Assembly (NCBI GenBank): GCA_951406725.2
Contig: OX597830.1
Coordinates: forward strand, 2,294,001 to 2,358,000
Reading direction: 5' to 3'
DNA: 64,000 bases
DNA from: Octopus vulgaris
Taxonomy: Eukaryota
Shown here: positions 11,730 to 23,240 of the stretch, piece after piece
Layout of the letters: every line of letters starts with the position of its first letter
Position numbering within the stretch: the first letter of the stretch is position 1
Notes under the pieces: generated by a model
Databases searched by the model: none
Told to the model about the DNA's origin: nothing
What the model saw: only the letters and a program-made list of their open reading frames with translations
Program-made: the position numbers and the translations under genes

Positions 11730-12139
11730 TTTTGATTTATTTGCATATTGTATTTGTAATTTTTTACTTAAATCTCTTTATCTTTTTACTTTTACTTTTA
11801 CTTTTACTATTACTGTATATCTCATTTCATTTTATATATTGCCTTTACTCCTATGTAATGGTGTATTAAAGTATGGATTGAGTATCATCGGATAGTTGAT
11901 GTTTTATTGATTTAAGTATGTTTCTCCATTCTCTAATTTTGTAGTATTAATTTACGGTAATATTATTACCCTTACCCATTTAATACAATAGATGAACTGA
12001 TTGCTTGACAATTTCTAACATCTATGTATTAATTTTTGTTGGGTACCTATCTAGCAGTATATTGGATATATATTATCCCATGGTGGGTTGAATTTTCAAC
12101 CCCTATCTCATTTTATAACCTATATATATATATATATAC

Positions 12140-13320
12140 GTATATAAAGGAAAAGTTTATGAAAATAAACAAAAGACTAAGGCAGGTGGTGTACAAACAA
12201 ACAGATGTATTAGTATAGCACTCAAGAATAGAAAAAGTCTTTTACGTTTCGAGCCTACGCTCTTCTACAGAAAGGGACACAGAAAAAAACAAGGAGAGAA
12301 ACAAGGAGTGAAAAAAAATGTATGCAGTAACTAACGATCTATCATGGCGTCTGACTTTGGACAGAATGGTCAGACGGGAGAGGGGAAGTAGGGCAGATGA
12401 CAAGGTCAAGATGACCTCCAATAAGAAAGGTGCGTGTGAGTATAAGAGAGTATGTATGTTCATGTGAAAGAGGGCTGGAGGTCTGGACGTGTGTGTGTAT
12501 GTATGTGTGGGTGTAAAGATGTGGGGATGGGTGGTGTGTTGTGATGTGTAATGTTGTTTGGTGTAGTGTAGTGTGGTGTGATGTAGGGAGGTGGGGTGGG
12601 GGAGGCGAGATTGTGGAAAGCACAGGTGGGCTGTGGGTTTGGCTTGGAGTTGGGGTAGAGTGGGGGTTGTGGGTAGGTAGAGGGTGGGGTTAGAGTTGAG
12701 GTATGTGGGGAGGGGTGTGGGATAGGGGTGATGTATGTAGGGAGGGTGGGGGGATGGGAAGGATAGGGAAGGTGGAGTAGTTGGGTTTATGGGGGGAAGG
12801 TGGGTATGTGAGGAGAGAGAGGAGGGGGGAAGAGAGGGGGATGAGGAGGGAGGAGGGAAGAGAGAAGAGGAGAGTGAGGGAGCAGAGAGAAAGAGAGAAG
12901 GGAGAAGAGAGTAGAGGAGAAGAGGGAAAGAGAGTAGAGGGAAAAGAGAGAAGAAAAGGGAAAGAGAGATATAGGAGTGAAGAGAAGTAGGAGTTGGGGA
13001 GGAGGTTAGATGAAAAGGCGGGGAGAGTTGAGCTCAAATGGCGTAAAAGAGCGAAGAGAGAAGATTAATCCCTGTTCACGGCGCAAGCAGGAGTCCGGAT
13101 GGCCTCTATGCAAGGATAATCCGAACACAGACAGGTGTTGCAAGGAGTGACCGGTGGAGCGGAAATGGCGTGAGACTGGAGTGTCATTGTTTCGGAGGTG
13201 TTCCGCAAACCAGTCAGCCAAGCAGCGTCCCGTTTGTCTGATGTACAGGGAATGGCAGAGAGAGCAGGAGATGCAATAGATGATATTGCTGGAGGTTCAG
13301 GTGAAGGAGTCGATGATGCG
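12140..13320 (-). mobile_element. 3' fragment of a second PLE family (GIY-YIG end, pyrimidine-rich UTR, pLTR)
   Basis: Minus strand SSNIIYCISCSLCHSLYIRQTGRCLADWFAEH..PVSRHF..H..RREQGLIFSL..ELN. HHR-like motif at 12239-12274. Confidence 0.85.
12239..12274 (-). ncRNA. Ultra-minimal hammerhead-like motif (A6U core variant)
   Basis: cttt-CTGTAGA-A-GAGC-gtag-GCTC-GAAA-CG-TA-aaag. ACGT palindromic stem III. Confidence 0.55.
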
Positions 13321-13966
13321 ATGTGTGTGTGTATGTATATATATATGTGCTTTTATTATAGGATAAAATTTTTTTTAAAAATTTTCTTCAAAGTTGCCAG
13401 CCTATAAAGATACCTTTAAAGGTGAAAATTATAAATAATTATGAACAAGGGCAAAAGAAAAAAGATTTCTCTGCCAATATACTGAGAATAGACTTTAAAT
13501 CATCAGTCACCGCATTACAATATACATCACCATGAAGACACGTCGTGCTTTAATCGAGGAAGGCAAGCTCATAGAATTTTTTTTAAAATTTATTATTTCT
13601 ATATTGAATCAATTTTGTGATTAATCCAATGGATTTTCCCCTCTTAAGTAGAGAATACGATAAGAAATAAATGAAATACCTACAAGCACCCATGGAAAAA
13701 AGCAGAAGCATGAGTCATGAGTACACATAAGAACCCCAGTAATATCCAAATTCTTCAGCAAGCCTCAGCACATGTGTGATCAGTCATGAATCACAACTCA
13801 TATATATAATGATGATGATGATGATGATGACATAGCTTAGGCACAGTGATATTAATGACCTGGTGTTATACATATACTTCAAAATAAAGCATCAGTCAAG
13901 TTCTGAGCATAATATGAAATTAAATGAATAACAAAGGAACAGAATATTATGTATGCAACTTCATTA

Positions 13967-14045
13967 GCTTACAGTTGTTTCTGCTATGAGATGCAGTGTA
14001 TCCAGAGCTGAATATTTGTGCATCACCCTATAGCTTCTTTAGAGC
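13967..14045 (-). ncRNA. Degenerate long-stem-II hammerhead
   Basis: gct-CTAAAGA-A-GCTAT..GATGCA..TGCATC..ATAGC-A-GAAA-C-AACT-G-TA-agc. G5 mutated. Confidence 0.5.
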
Positions 14046-14609
14046 TTTTTAAATAGAAGTGCAAGATTATTTAAGAAAGCATTTACACATACAAAAATTC
14101 TCACCATTGAAAATATTAGAATACATAAAAAAAGAAGCATTGTGTAAGAAGGATGAAAACTACTCCCAGAAATACTTAAATTCAGATCATTTTGTGAATA
14201 TGTGTATATAATATATGTATATGTGCGTGCGTGTGTGTATGTATGTACATATATGTATGTATGCATTCATGTATGCATGTATGGTGCATGATAAATTCTT
14301 ATATAAATACCTATTCATATGTGTACATAAAATATTGACACAATATATATGTTAATTCCTATTGAGCGTATGACTAGCTGTGAGAGCCTCGTTAGGAAAG
14401 AACATTGGGAAAAGAATGCAAGAGAACTTAAGAGCTAAAGAGAAACAAAGAAAGAACAAAAGATAAAACTTGTTGATGTAAAACTGTCCGTGACATTAAT
14501 AGGGTCAATGGATTATATATATAGATAACATGTATACACACAGAGAAACCACATTTATATATCTTCCTTTCTCTGTCTCTCTCTCTCTCTTTTCATTATT
14601 TATTTCTTC

Positions 14610-14745
14610 TCATTTCTTTCTGTCAAAGAATGTAGGCACAAAATGTAAAAGACTTTTCCACTTATTCTGATTGCCAAACTAATACACTTGCATGTTGTTG
14701 TTCCTACACCTGTCTTCATCTTTGCTTTTCTATAAATTTGAACTG
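14610..14745 (+). mobile_element. Decayed pLTR related to the 12140-12280 PLE end
   Basis: ctttctgtcaaagaatgtaggcacaaaatgtaaaagac aligns by eye to ctttctgtagaagagcgtaggctcgaaacgtaaaagac. Confidence 0.6.
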
Positions 14746-14748
14746 AAT

Positions 14749-14831
<83 letters not shown>

Positions 14832-14908
14832 TTGAGTTGTGGGGTATCGCACGAGTGGGATTATATAAGAAAAAAGGTTTGAAAATGCAATTTAAACGAT
14901 GTTTATTT

Positions 14909-14949
14909 ACTTAACCGGTTTCACTCTTTGGTAAAAGATTGTCAAAAGT
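14909..14949 (-). ncRNA. Minimal hammerhead with U3-A8 covariation
   Basis: actt-TTGACAA-TCTTT-tacc-AAAGA-gt-GAAA-CCGG-TT-aagt. ACCGGT palindromic stem III; 4 bp stem I. Confidence 0.6.
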
Positions 14950-14962
14950 TACATTTAAGGAA

Positions 14963-15192
14963 ACATTGAATAATATGGGTTCAAAAAAAGTTTTTTACAT
15001 AATTGTCACATTGAATATTATGCATTCAAAAAAGTTTTTTACATAATTGTCACATTGGATATTATGGGTTCAAAAAAAGTTTTTTACATAATTGTCACAT
15101 TGAATATTATGCATTCAAAAAAGTTTTTTACATAATTGTCACATTGGATATTATGAATTCAAAAATGTTTTTTTATACATAATTGTCACATT
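14963..15192. repeat. Minisatellite, ~5 copies of a 44-46 bp unit
   Basis: Unit acattgaatattatg(ggt/cat)tcaaaaaagttttttacataattgtc. Confidence 0.9.
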
Positions 15193-15877
15193 ATTTGGGA
15201 AAATTTGGCAGAAAAGGATAAAACAAATATATTATTGGGAATTGGTTGCGTTAATTATTGGTTGTCGCAAATTGTCACATTACATGTATATATATACAAT
15301 CTTTGGTATATATATACAGCGTTTTGACAGCAAAAATTAAAATGGCTTTTTTGTACATCTCAGAATATTTTAAGTATGTTTTTACTGACCTGTCAGTATT
15401 AGCAGAAAGGCTGAACTGAAGTGATAGGTTAATATGTAGTTATAAATGAGACACTTATAAAAATATCCCAAGGTCTCTTCAGAGATTATGAAGAACAAAC
15501 TAAATTAAATATGAAAATCAGAGGAGGTACACCCATACAAGAGCGGGTACATACCCATAATATATAATATAATATACACATACATATGAGTGCATATATC
15601 CATACTCCTATAGATATATATATACATATATATAATATAATAATAATATACAGCAATATACATACATATGTTCTATATTCAAGGTTACAGTTGGTCACAA
15701 CAATATATTAGAATATTACAATATAGAAACAATATAGAAACATACACATATCTATATTCAAATGCAGACATACAAAGTCAAGAATTCCTTATATTAAGTT
15801 ACATTAATATTACTATCATTACTATTACCATTGCTACATATATACATATATATATATGCATATATATATATATATAT

Positions 15878-16237
15878 CATCATCATCATCATCATCATCG
15901 TTTAACGTCCGTTCTCCATGCTAGCATGGGTTGGACGGTTCGACCGGGGATCTGGGAAGCCAGATGGCTGCACCAGGCTCCAGTCTTATCTGGCAGTGTT
16001 TCTACAGCTGGATGCCCTTCCTAATGCCAACCACTCCGTGAGTGTAGTGGGTGCTTTTTACGTGCCACCTGCACAGGTGCCAGGCGAGGCTGGCAACAGC
16101 CACGGTCGGATGGTGCTTTTTACGTACCACCAGACCAGGGATCCTGGCTGGTTCAATTCGATTTCGATTTCGCTTGCCCCAACATGTCTTCGCAAGCAAG
16201 GGGGTTGGCATGGGTGCCTGTTGTACGGTCAGATTGG
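15878..16237 (-). mobile_element. 3' end fragment of RTE LINE with (ATG)n tail
   Basis: catcatcgtttaacgtccg..catgctagcatgggttggacgg is nearly identical to the 3' end of the RTE at 25092. Confidence 0.85.
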
Positions 16238-16289
16238 TATATATATATATATATATATATATACATACATATATATATATATACATATA

Positions 16290-16802
<513 letters not shown>

Positions 16803-17106
16803 TATATTATATTATATATATGTGTGTGTGTATGAATGTGTGTGTATATACATATAAAAAAATAATATGAATGGATTCAATAGTTGAACTTATAAGGATT
16901 CAAGGCAGAGACAATATTGAATTACAGCTGTTTTCAAATACGGCTAAAAGGTGAAAAGAATTCAAAATACTTTCTAATCTCAATAAACTGTAATGAAACT
17001 AAAACAATACTCACATCTATATGGAAGCACATACACATAAACATTAACATATGGAGAAATAAACGACCATACTCACACAACTGTATACTCTTACACGCAG
17101 TAATAT

Positions 17107-17162
17107 ACATACAGACCACATAGAGACAAACATTAGTACACACACACCAACATATATACATT

Positions 17163-17196
<34 letters not shown>

Positions 17197-17253
17197 AATG
17201 TATATATGTTGGTGTGTGTGTGTACTAATGTTTGTCTCTATGTGTCTGTATGT
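17107..17253. repeat. Inverted repeat (~60 bp arms) centred on (TA)n
   Basis: acatacagaccacatagagacaaacattagtacacac..tttaca-(TA)n-tgtaaa..gtgtgtactaatgtttgtctctatgtgtctgtatgt. Confidence 0.9.
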
Positions 17254-18837
17254 TTTTGTCTGCATATGTATGTAAATGTGTGTGTGAATGTGTGCATGTA
17301 TATATATATATATATATATTGACACATTTACAAAGACATGTGTGTACATATATATATATATACACACACACGTGTGTGTGTGTATTTATATGTGTCTGTT
17401 CCTGTGTATATGCACTTTGATATGCATAGATTTTACATATAAATGAACATCAACACACACGACAATACAAATTGAAACACATGCCTATTCAATAGACAAA
17501 TTTATATATACATCCCTACACTTAAACAGATACGTGTCAAGTAATTATGCTTGCTGCTACTTGAGAATACATAGGAGTTACAACAAACAATTTCAAGAAA
17601 TGTTTTTTATTTACTTGTGCACTCATTCAAAAACCCTAAATTGGCAAATTCAAACTCACTAGCTGAGTATGTTTGGCAACATAAATATCGAAACCCTCAC
17701 TACACCATACAATAAAATATACAGAAATTTGGGAACCCAAAACAAGAAACACTCAAGAAGCAATTTCAATTTTATTGTCTGGCAGACAACTTCCAAACAA
17801 ACAAAATGTGGTCAGAAGTTCTTTGACCAGCAACACTCTCTTAGAAATGGATAACAGGTTTAGCATAACCTGATTCTGTGGACCTTGCTAAATATGAACT
17901 GTATGCTATCCTTTTCTTGAATTATTGACTCACTTTCCTTGCATCATACACTTCATAATATTTTTCTTTGTCTTATTGGAAACCACAGTACTTTCCTGCT
18001 TTTGGGAGCTTTATTCTTCTCAAATTTTAGACATATCTACTCATTTATCCTAACAGCTTCTTGTATATATATATAACAAGACAGGAAATTAGAAAATTAT
18101 TTTTGTATCATTCATTCACCATTCCACTTGTTTCATTTGCTAGTAGGAATTACAAAGACTTTATTATTTATTTGTATGTTTTGATATATATATATCTTAT
18201 ATATATATATATCCCTATAAACAATTTTGTTGTGTCAAAAGTACATCTACAATGCATCTAGATTTTATCTTGGCTTCTCTGAGTGTGTATTATATTTGTG
18301 TGTATGTACATATATATATGTATGTGTGTGTGTGAATATATATGTATGTGTGTGTTTGTATATCTGTGCATATGTACATATATATCTGTTGCATGCCAGT
18401 GTGTGTGTCTGCATCCCTTGATTTTCTTCCTTCCCTGGGGCTGTTTGTGCAGCTCCCATTTACTCACTAAATATAAATGCTTCATTACTTAACTTTCCCG
18501 TCTGAACAATCTGCAATAGGAACTTCCTTACATGTCTATCTAACATGTCAAACTTTGATTCTTATTTGAAAATGAAACACGTGTAATGGTGAATAAATAA
18601 TGCCGGAAAAAGTTTCCCCTTTCCTGTTTTGTTATAAAATAACTCTGCAAATAATATTTCCATAATTCTCAGCTTTGATGTGCATTTTGACTAACACACA
18701 GCAGCAACTGAGACTACATATCGGATTGCAAGAATGGAATAAGCAAGTCTACTTCAGAAGAAACAGCCTAGATTTACCCTAACTAACTCCATCAATCTAT
18801 CCATCCATTCATACATACATACATTGTATGTATATAT

Positions 18838-19512
18838 AGAAGATGCATTCAAATTGTATCCAACTTAATATTTTTTTGCCAAAACCAATGCTGCATGGGG
18901 AAAAACCTTTGAGTGGGAGGTATGTCCACTCTTTCTGCACTTGTCTGCAAATTTTTGTGTGAGTAGGCTATGTCAGTTACTGGCTGTTATGCCTAGAGTG
19001 TGGTGTGCACTTATCAGATTTTCATTTTCACTAAATGCCGGAAGCAGAAATATTGCTTCAAGTTTTGTCAAAATCTTGGTGATTCTCAAGCTTAACCCAT
19101 CCAGAAGATGCAGCAGACTTTTGGCGATGATGCCATTGGCAAAACTCAGAAAGGTACGACTGCTTCAAACATGACTGCATCTCAGTGGGAGAGTGAGGCA
19201 TACTCAGACAGGCCATCCACAGACCAAAACAAGGAGCTGATAGAAAGGGTTCAGTGAATAGTCATGGCAGACCATCGTGTAACAATCCAGAAAACTGCCC
19301 ACAAAGTAGAGATAAGCACAAGATTAGTGTGCTCTATTTTGATGGAGGTTTTGTGCATTCTGAGAGTGTCAATGAAATTCATCCTAAAGGTGGCAGTGAA
19401 GTAGCCAAAGCAATTCTGCATGGAAATCACCCAGGACAAGGTGGACGGTGCAAACTACAGCCCAGACTCCAAGAGGACCATCACCACCGGTGATGAAACA
19501 TAGGTTTATGGT
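18838..19512 (+). mobile_element. Mariner transposase fossil (5' part)
   Basis: Degenerate RPST..IERVQ*IVMADHRVTIQ (HTH region) and ITTGDET*VY (first catalytic Asp motif), then truncated. Confidence 0.7.
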
Positions 19513-19604
19513 CTCTTCTTGAAGCATTTGGTCATATATAAATATATCGTATATCCAGACAATGTTGTGTATTTGTAGGTATAACTTTAGGTGTTAAGCG
19601 TTAT

Positions 19605-19925
19605 CATGCCAGTGATGCATAAAAAGTACCATCCAAACATGGTAGATGCCAGGTCAGCCTGACTGGATCCTGTGCCACCGGCACATAAAAAGCACCATCC
19701 AAATGTGATCAATGCCAGGCCCACCTGACTGGCTCCTGTGCCAGTGGCACATAAATAGTGCCCACTACACTCTCAGAGTGGTTGGCGTCAGGACGGACAT
19801 CCAGCTGTAGAAACATTGCCAGATCAGATTGAAACCTGGTGCAGCTGCTGGCTCTCTAGACCTCAGTCAAACCATCCAACCCATGCCAGCATAGAAAACA
19901 GATATTAAACGATGATGATGATGAT
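19605..19925 (+). mobile_element. RTE 3' end fragment
   Basis: Ends ccatccaacccatgccagcatagaaaacagatattaaacgatgatgatg. Confidence 0.8.
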
Positions 19926-19927
19926 GT

Positions 19928-19974
<47 letters not shown>

Positions 19975-19980
19975 TATATA

Positions 19981-21566
19981 TTTGTTGTGCAAGATTTTTT
20001 ATGTGAAGTCGTGTGTTGAAACAGATATTGTTATATTTTGGAATGGTCATTTTGCCAGTTTAGCCAAATTCTTCATTCGTACTATGCCAAACCTATAGTC
20101 TCAAAATACTTGATCCACTGGAACTCAGCCATTGCGGACAATGCCAAATTCAATATTTTGATGGCAGACCTCGTCAGAATAATGAGAAATGTGTCACGCA
20201 TGTGCGAGCCTATAGAGTTAAAGAGACACATACAATATTTCATTCACCGCATGCAGTTCTCAGGTTACAGCCATAAAGAAAGGATCAGAGTATACAAAGG
20301 AGCCATGAAGAAATTTGATAATATATTATGTAATGATAGGAATGGTATTTGCCCACTCTATAGGAACAAGTCATGGAACACTATAGAAAGGACAAAAAAG
20401 AAAATAGGTAAGGCCAACTCTTGGTATGATAGCCATAAATACCAGAATGTCATGTTCGTTGACACCACCCCTGGAGGTGAACTGGCGTACCGCTTTAGAA
20501 GGACCCTAGACAAACTTAAGTTAAGGATTAAGGTTGTTGAAAAGCCAGGCAACCCTATCAAATCTATAATCGGTAGAACCTACCCTTTTAGTAGAACCCC
20601 CAGTATGGATAAGTACTGTACTGTATGTAGATTTAGCCCACAAACTGTAAAGCCAGAAATGTAGTCTATAGTATAAGATGTATAGAGGGACGATGCAGTA
20701 ACAAGACAACGACATAAGTAGGGGAAACGGCAAGAAGCATAGGAGAGCGGGTAAATGAGCATTGGGGAGAACTCAAGGAAGGTAAAAGCTCATCGATTCT
20801 GTACCAACATTCCAAACAGGAACACGGGGGATCAATGAACAACATAGAAATTAAAATATTGTCCACACATAGAACAGATGCAACAATCAGACAAATTACA
20901 AAAGCTACAAACATACTAGAAAATAAACCTAGCCTGAATAGGAAACTAGAATGGAACACTAGCACACACCACAACATATGACGATAGAGGATCCCCATAA
21001 ACTGGTTACAATATAAACAAAACCGAAAACATAATAAATAAATAAACAAATAGAAATAGATAACTATATAAGTTTTTTTTTAATTTAAAAGATTTTTTAT
21101 TTATTTATTATTATTATTACTAGTATTGTTGTTATACATACATACATACAAGCATATGTAATGATAATAATGGGTGGATGTAAACACATGAACAAAATAA
21201 GAATAAACAAAAACAACAACAAGAACAAATTACATGAACGTATATAAACAGAAGATACAAATATTACAGGCATCCCCCCACCCCACACACGCTAAATAAA
21301 CATAGATGCACATAGAGATATAAGCATGTGCAAATGAAGACATACAATAGAAATACAAAATGGCTGACGGTTAGTAAGGAGAGACACAAATACGAAAGAA
21401 GAAAACAAAGGACCACTGATGCAGTCACAGGAGTGTGACGAAAGAACTCTGGCCGAAATAAGAATAAGATTAATGTAAAAAATAAATAACACTGAAGCAA
21501 AGTAACACCAAATATATAGTGTGTGTGTTTTTATTGGCTAAACTGGCAAAATGACCATTCCGAAAT

Positions 21567-21572
<6 letters not shown>
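19981..21572 (+). mobile_element. 5'-truncated PLE (third family) with short inverted pLTR end at its 5' junction
   Basis: 19981-20067 is an inverted terminal segment. 20068 onward encodes the RT thumb (YYAKP..LIHWNSA..RMQFSGY) and GIY-YIG (NVVY..VGETARS..EH..LNRKLEW), followed by the pLTR. Homologous to 45935-48240. Confidence 0.9.
21411..21454 (+). ncRNA. Hammerhead-like motif, CUGAUGCA core variant
   Basis: gacca-CTGATGCA-GTCACA-ggag-TGTGAC-GAAA-GAAC-TC-tggcc. Confidence 0.6.
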
Positions 21573-21631
<59 letters not shown>

Positions 21632-21712
21632 GTATATATATATTTATGAACACATGTGCCTATGTATGTGGCTTTAAATGTGTAAGTATTTATATGTGTA
21701 TGTATGTTTGTT

Positions 21713-21760
21713 TATAGGCTCAGGAATGGCTGTGTGGTAAGTACCTTGCTTCCCACACAT
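21713..21760 (+). mobile_element. SINE 5' head truncated between A and B boxes
   Basis: ataggctcaggaatggctgtgtggtaagtaccttgcttcccacacatg matches the SINE head and stops just before the B-box region. Confidence 0.8.
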
Positions 21761-23214
21761 GCGCGTTGGTGTTGCTTATTACAGTGAACCAAGGTGGACG
21801 TGAGTGTGTTTTCTCCGTCCAATATTGAACTGAAAGAAAATAGAACAACAGCAGCATAAACTCGTTGAGGTGGTTTTGTTTTCGTTTGAGTTGGGTGTAA
21901 TTTGTCAAATAGTAATTGTTTGTTTGTTGATAAATTTCGCCCAGCTCCGAGGCAACTCTGCCTGCGGCCGGTGGCTGCTGTTTGTTGTTTTGTTGTATTG
22001 GGGGAAAAAAAGGGGGCGTATCCTCTCCCGAACTTACTGGACTTTGCCATTGAAACTTGTTGGATTACCATTGAACCTACGAAGTTGGCCAGGAGTACCT
22101 GTTGGCCATTGATGTTTGCTGTGTGAACTGTTTTTCTTTTCTATATCCTTCTGTTTTTTTTCTTTCTTTTTGGAGCTGTTTTTGCGTTTCTTTTAAATTT
22201 TATTTTTATATTTTTTTAACTGACTTATTTATTTTCTTTTTGGACTTTCCTTCTTCTTTTGAATTGACTTTTTAACATGGCAAATGCAAAAAGTGCCTTA
22301 GAATGGGAGGTGGTCCCACTTAAGCAATGGATTGAAAGCCTTGAGAGAAGGACGGTGGTACTACAGACCTATTCTAAGTCACGTGAGACCATCGACCTCT
22401 TTGACAAGGGTATTATTAATAGAGAGCTGGCAAAATGTTTGCCAGCTAAAAATTATTATGTAACCAGGGGTGTCAAATACGCCACGGTGTGGACTACTTT
22501 TTGATGCTCCTGAGGAGGCTTGCACTGTGGCAGGCCAGCCCATGGAAGGGGAGGAGATTTTGTTTCTTCCCACATATCGTGGGAAGAAGGTAATAAGGGC
22601 CTGGGTATGTGGTCTCCCCCGGGCACCGAAGCGGGGTGGATTGTAGATGCCATCCGGCGGGGCCTGGGGGATAGCGGGCCCAAGCTTTTAAATATAGTGA
22701 TAAAGCCTGCGGTCGACTGGGAGGGTGCAAAGGTAACTTTGACCCTATGGACCCCTGTTCCCGCGGGTGAAATGACTTTCCCGGACTTTTTAAGAATGAA
22801 TGGCTCAAGGTATCCAGTGATACTTGAGGGTCGCCCCCCCCCCGTGTCACTCGTGCCTGGAGTCAGGTCACATTAAGAAGGACTGCTCCCGGGGCCGTGG
22901 TAAGGTCCTGGAGCAGGGAAAGGTGAAGGTGTCCTCCGCTCTCCCATTGCAAGGAGAAACGGCAGAAGTCATTGAGGCATCGGCCTCAACGAGAAGGAAA
23001 AGAAAGGTGAGCAACAATTGTTGCTCACCAACAGACGCATAGGTTGCAGGAGAGGAGGAGGACCCGCCCCCAGGTGTGCCGGTGGAGGCTCCGACTCCTG
23101 CACCCGTAATAAGGAAAGAGTGAAGGAAGAGAAACGGGAGATGGTCGGTGGATATCGCTGTGCCGCCGACTGACTCCGATGCTCCTCCAGTGGAAGGTGT
23201 GCCACCGGAGCGAG
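21761..23214 (+). mobile_element. Tx1/L1-type LINE 5' fragment (5' UTR plus frameshifted ORF1 with CCHC knuckle)
   Basis: ATG at 22277; ORF pieces 22277-22504, 22520-22876 and 22824-23042 end in YPVILEGRPP-CHSCLESGHIKKDC. No ORF2 follows. Confidence 0.65.
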
Positions 23215-23240
23215 AGGGTTAGGGTTAGAGTTAGGGTTAG
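23215..23240 (+). repeat. Interstitial telomeric repeat, ~4 x TTAGGG
   Basis: agggttagggttagagttagggttag. Confidence 0.7.

Larger units (their letters stand above)
10391..11947. repeat. Spacerless ~1.56 kb palindrome (arms ~779 bp, centre 11169/11170)
   Basis: Centre reads ccaagatcgaaataacta|tagttatttcgatcttgg. Mirror ORFs at 10443-10640(-) and 11698-11895(+). Ends atactacaaaattagag and ctctaattttgtagtat. Confidence 0.95.

Noticed and set aside
14963-15192. CRISPR-like array
   Set aside because: Units are contiguous with no unique spacers, the context is eukaryotic and there are no cas genes.
16915-16945. Minus-strand GAAAACAGCTGTA half hammerhead
   Set aside because: No CUGANGA box or stem II found upstream.
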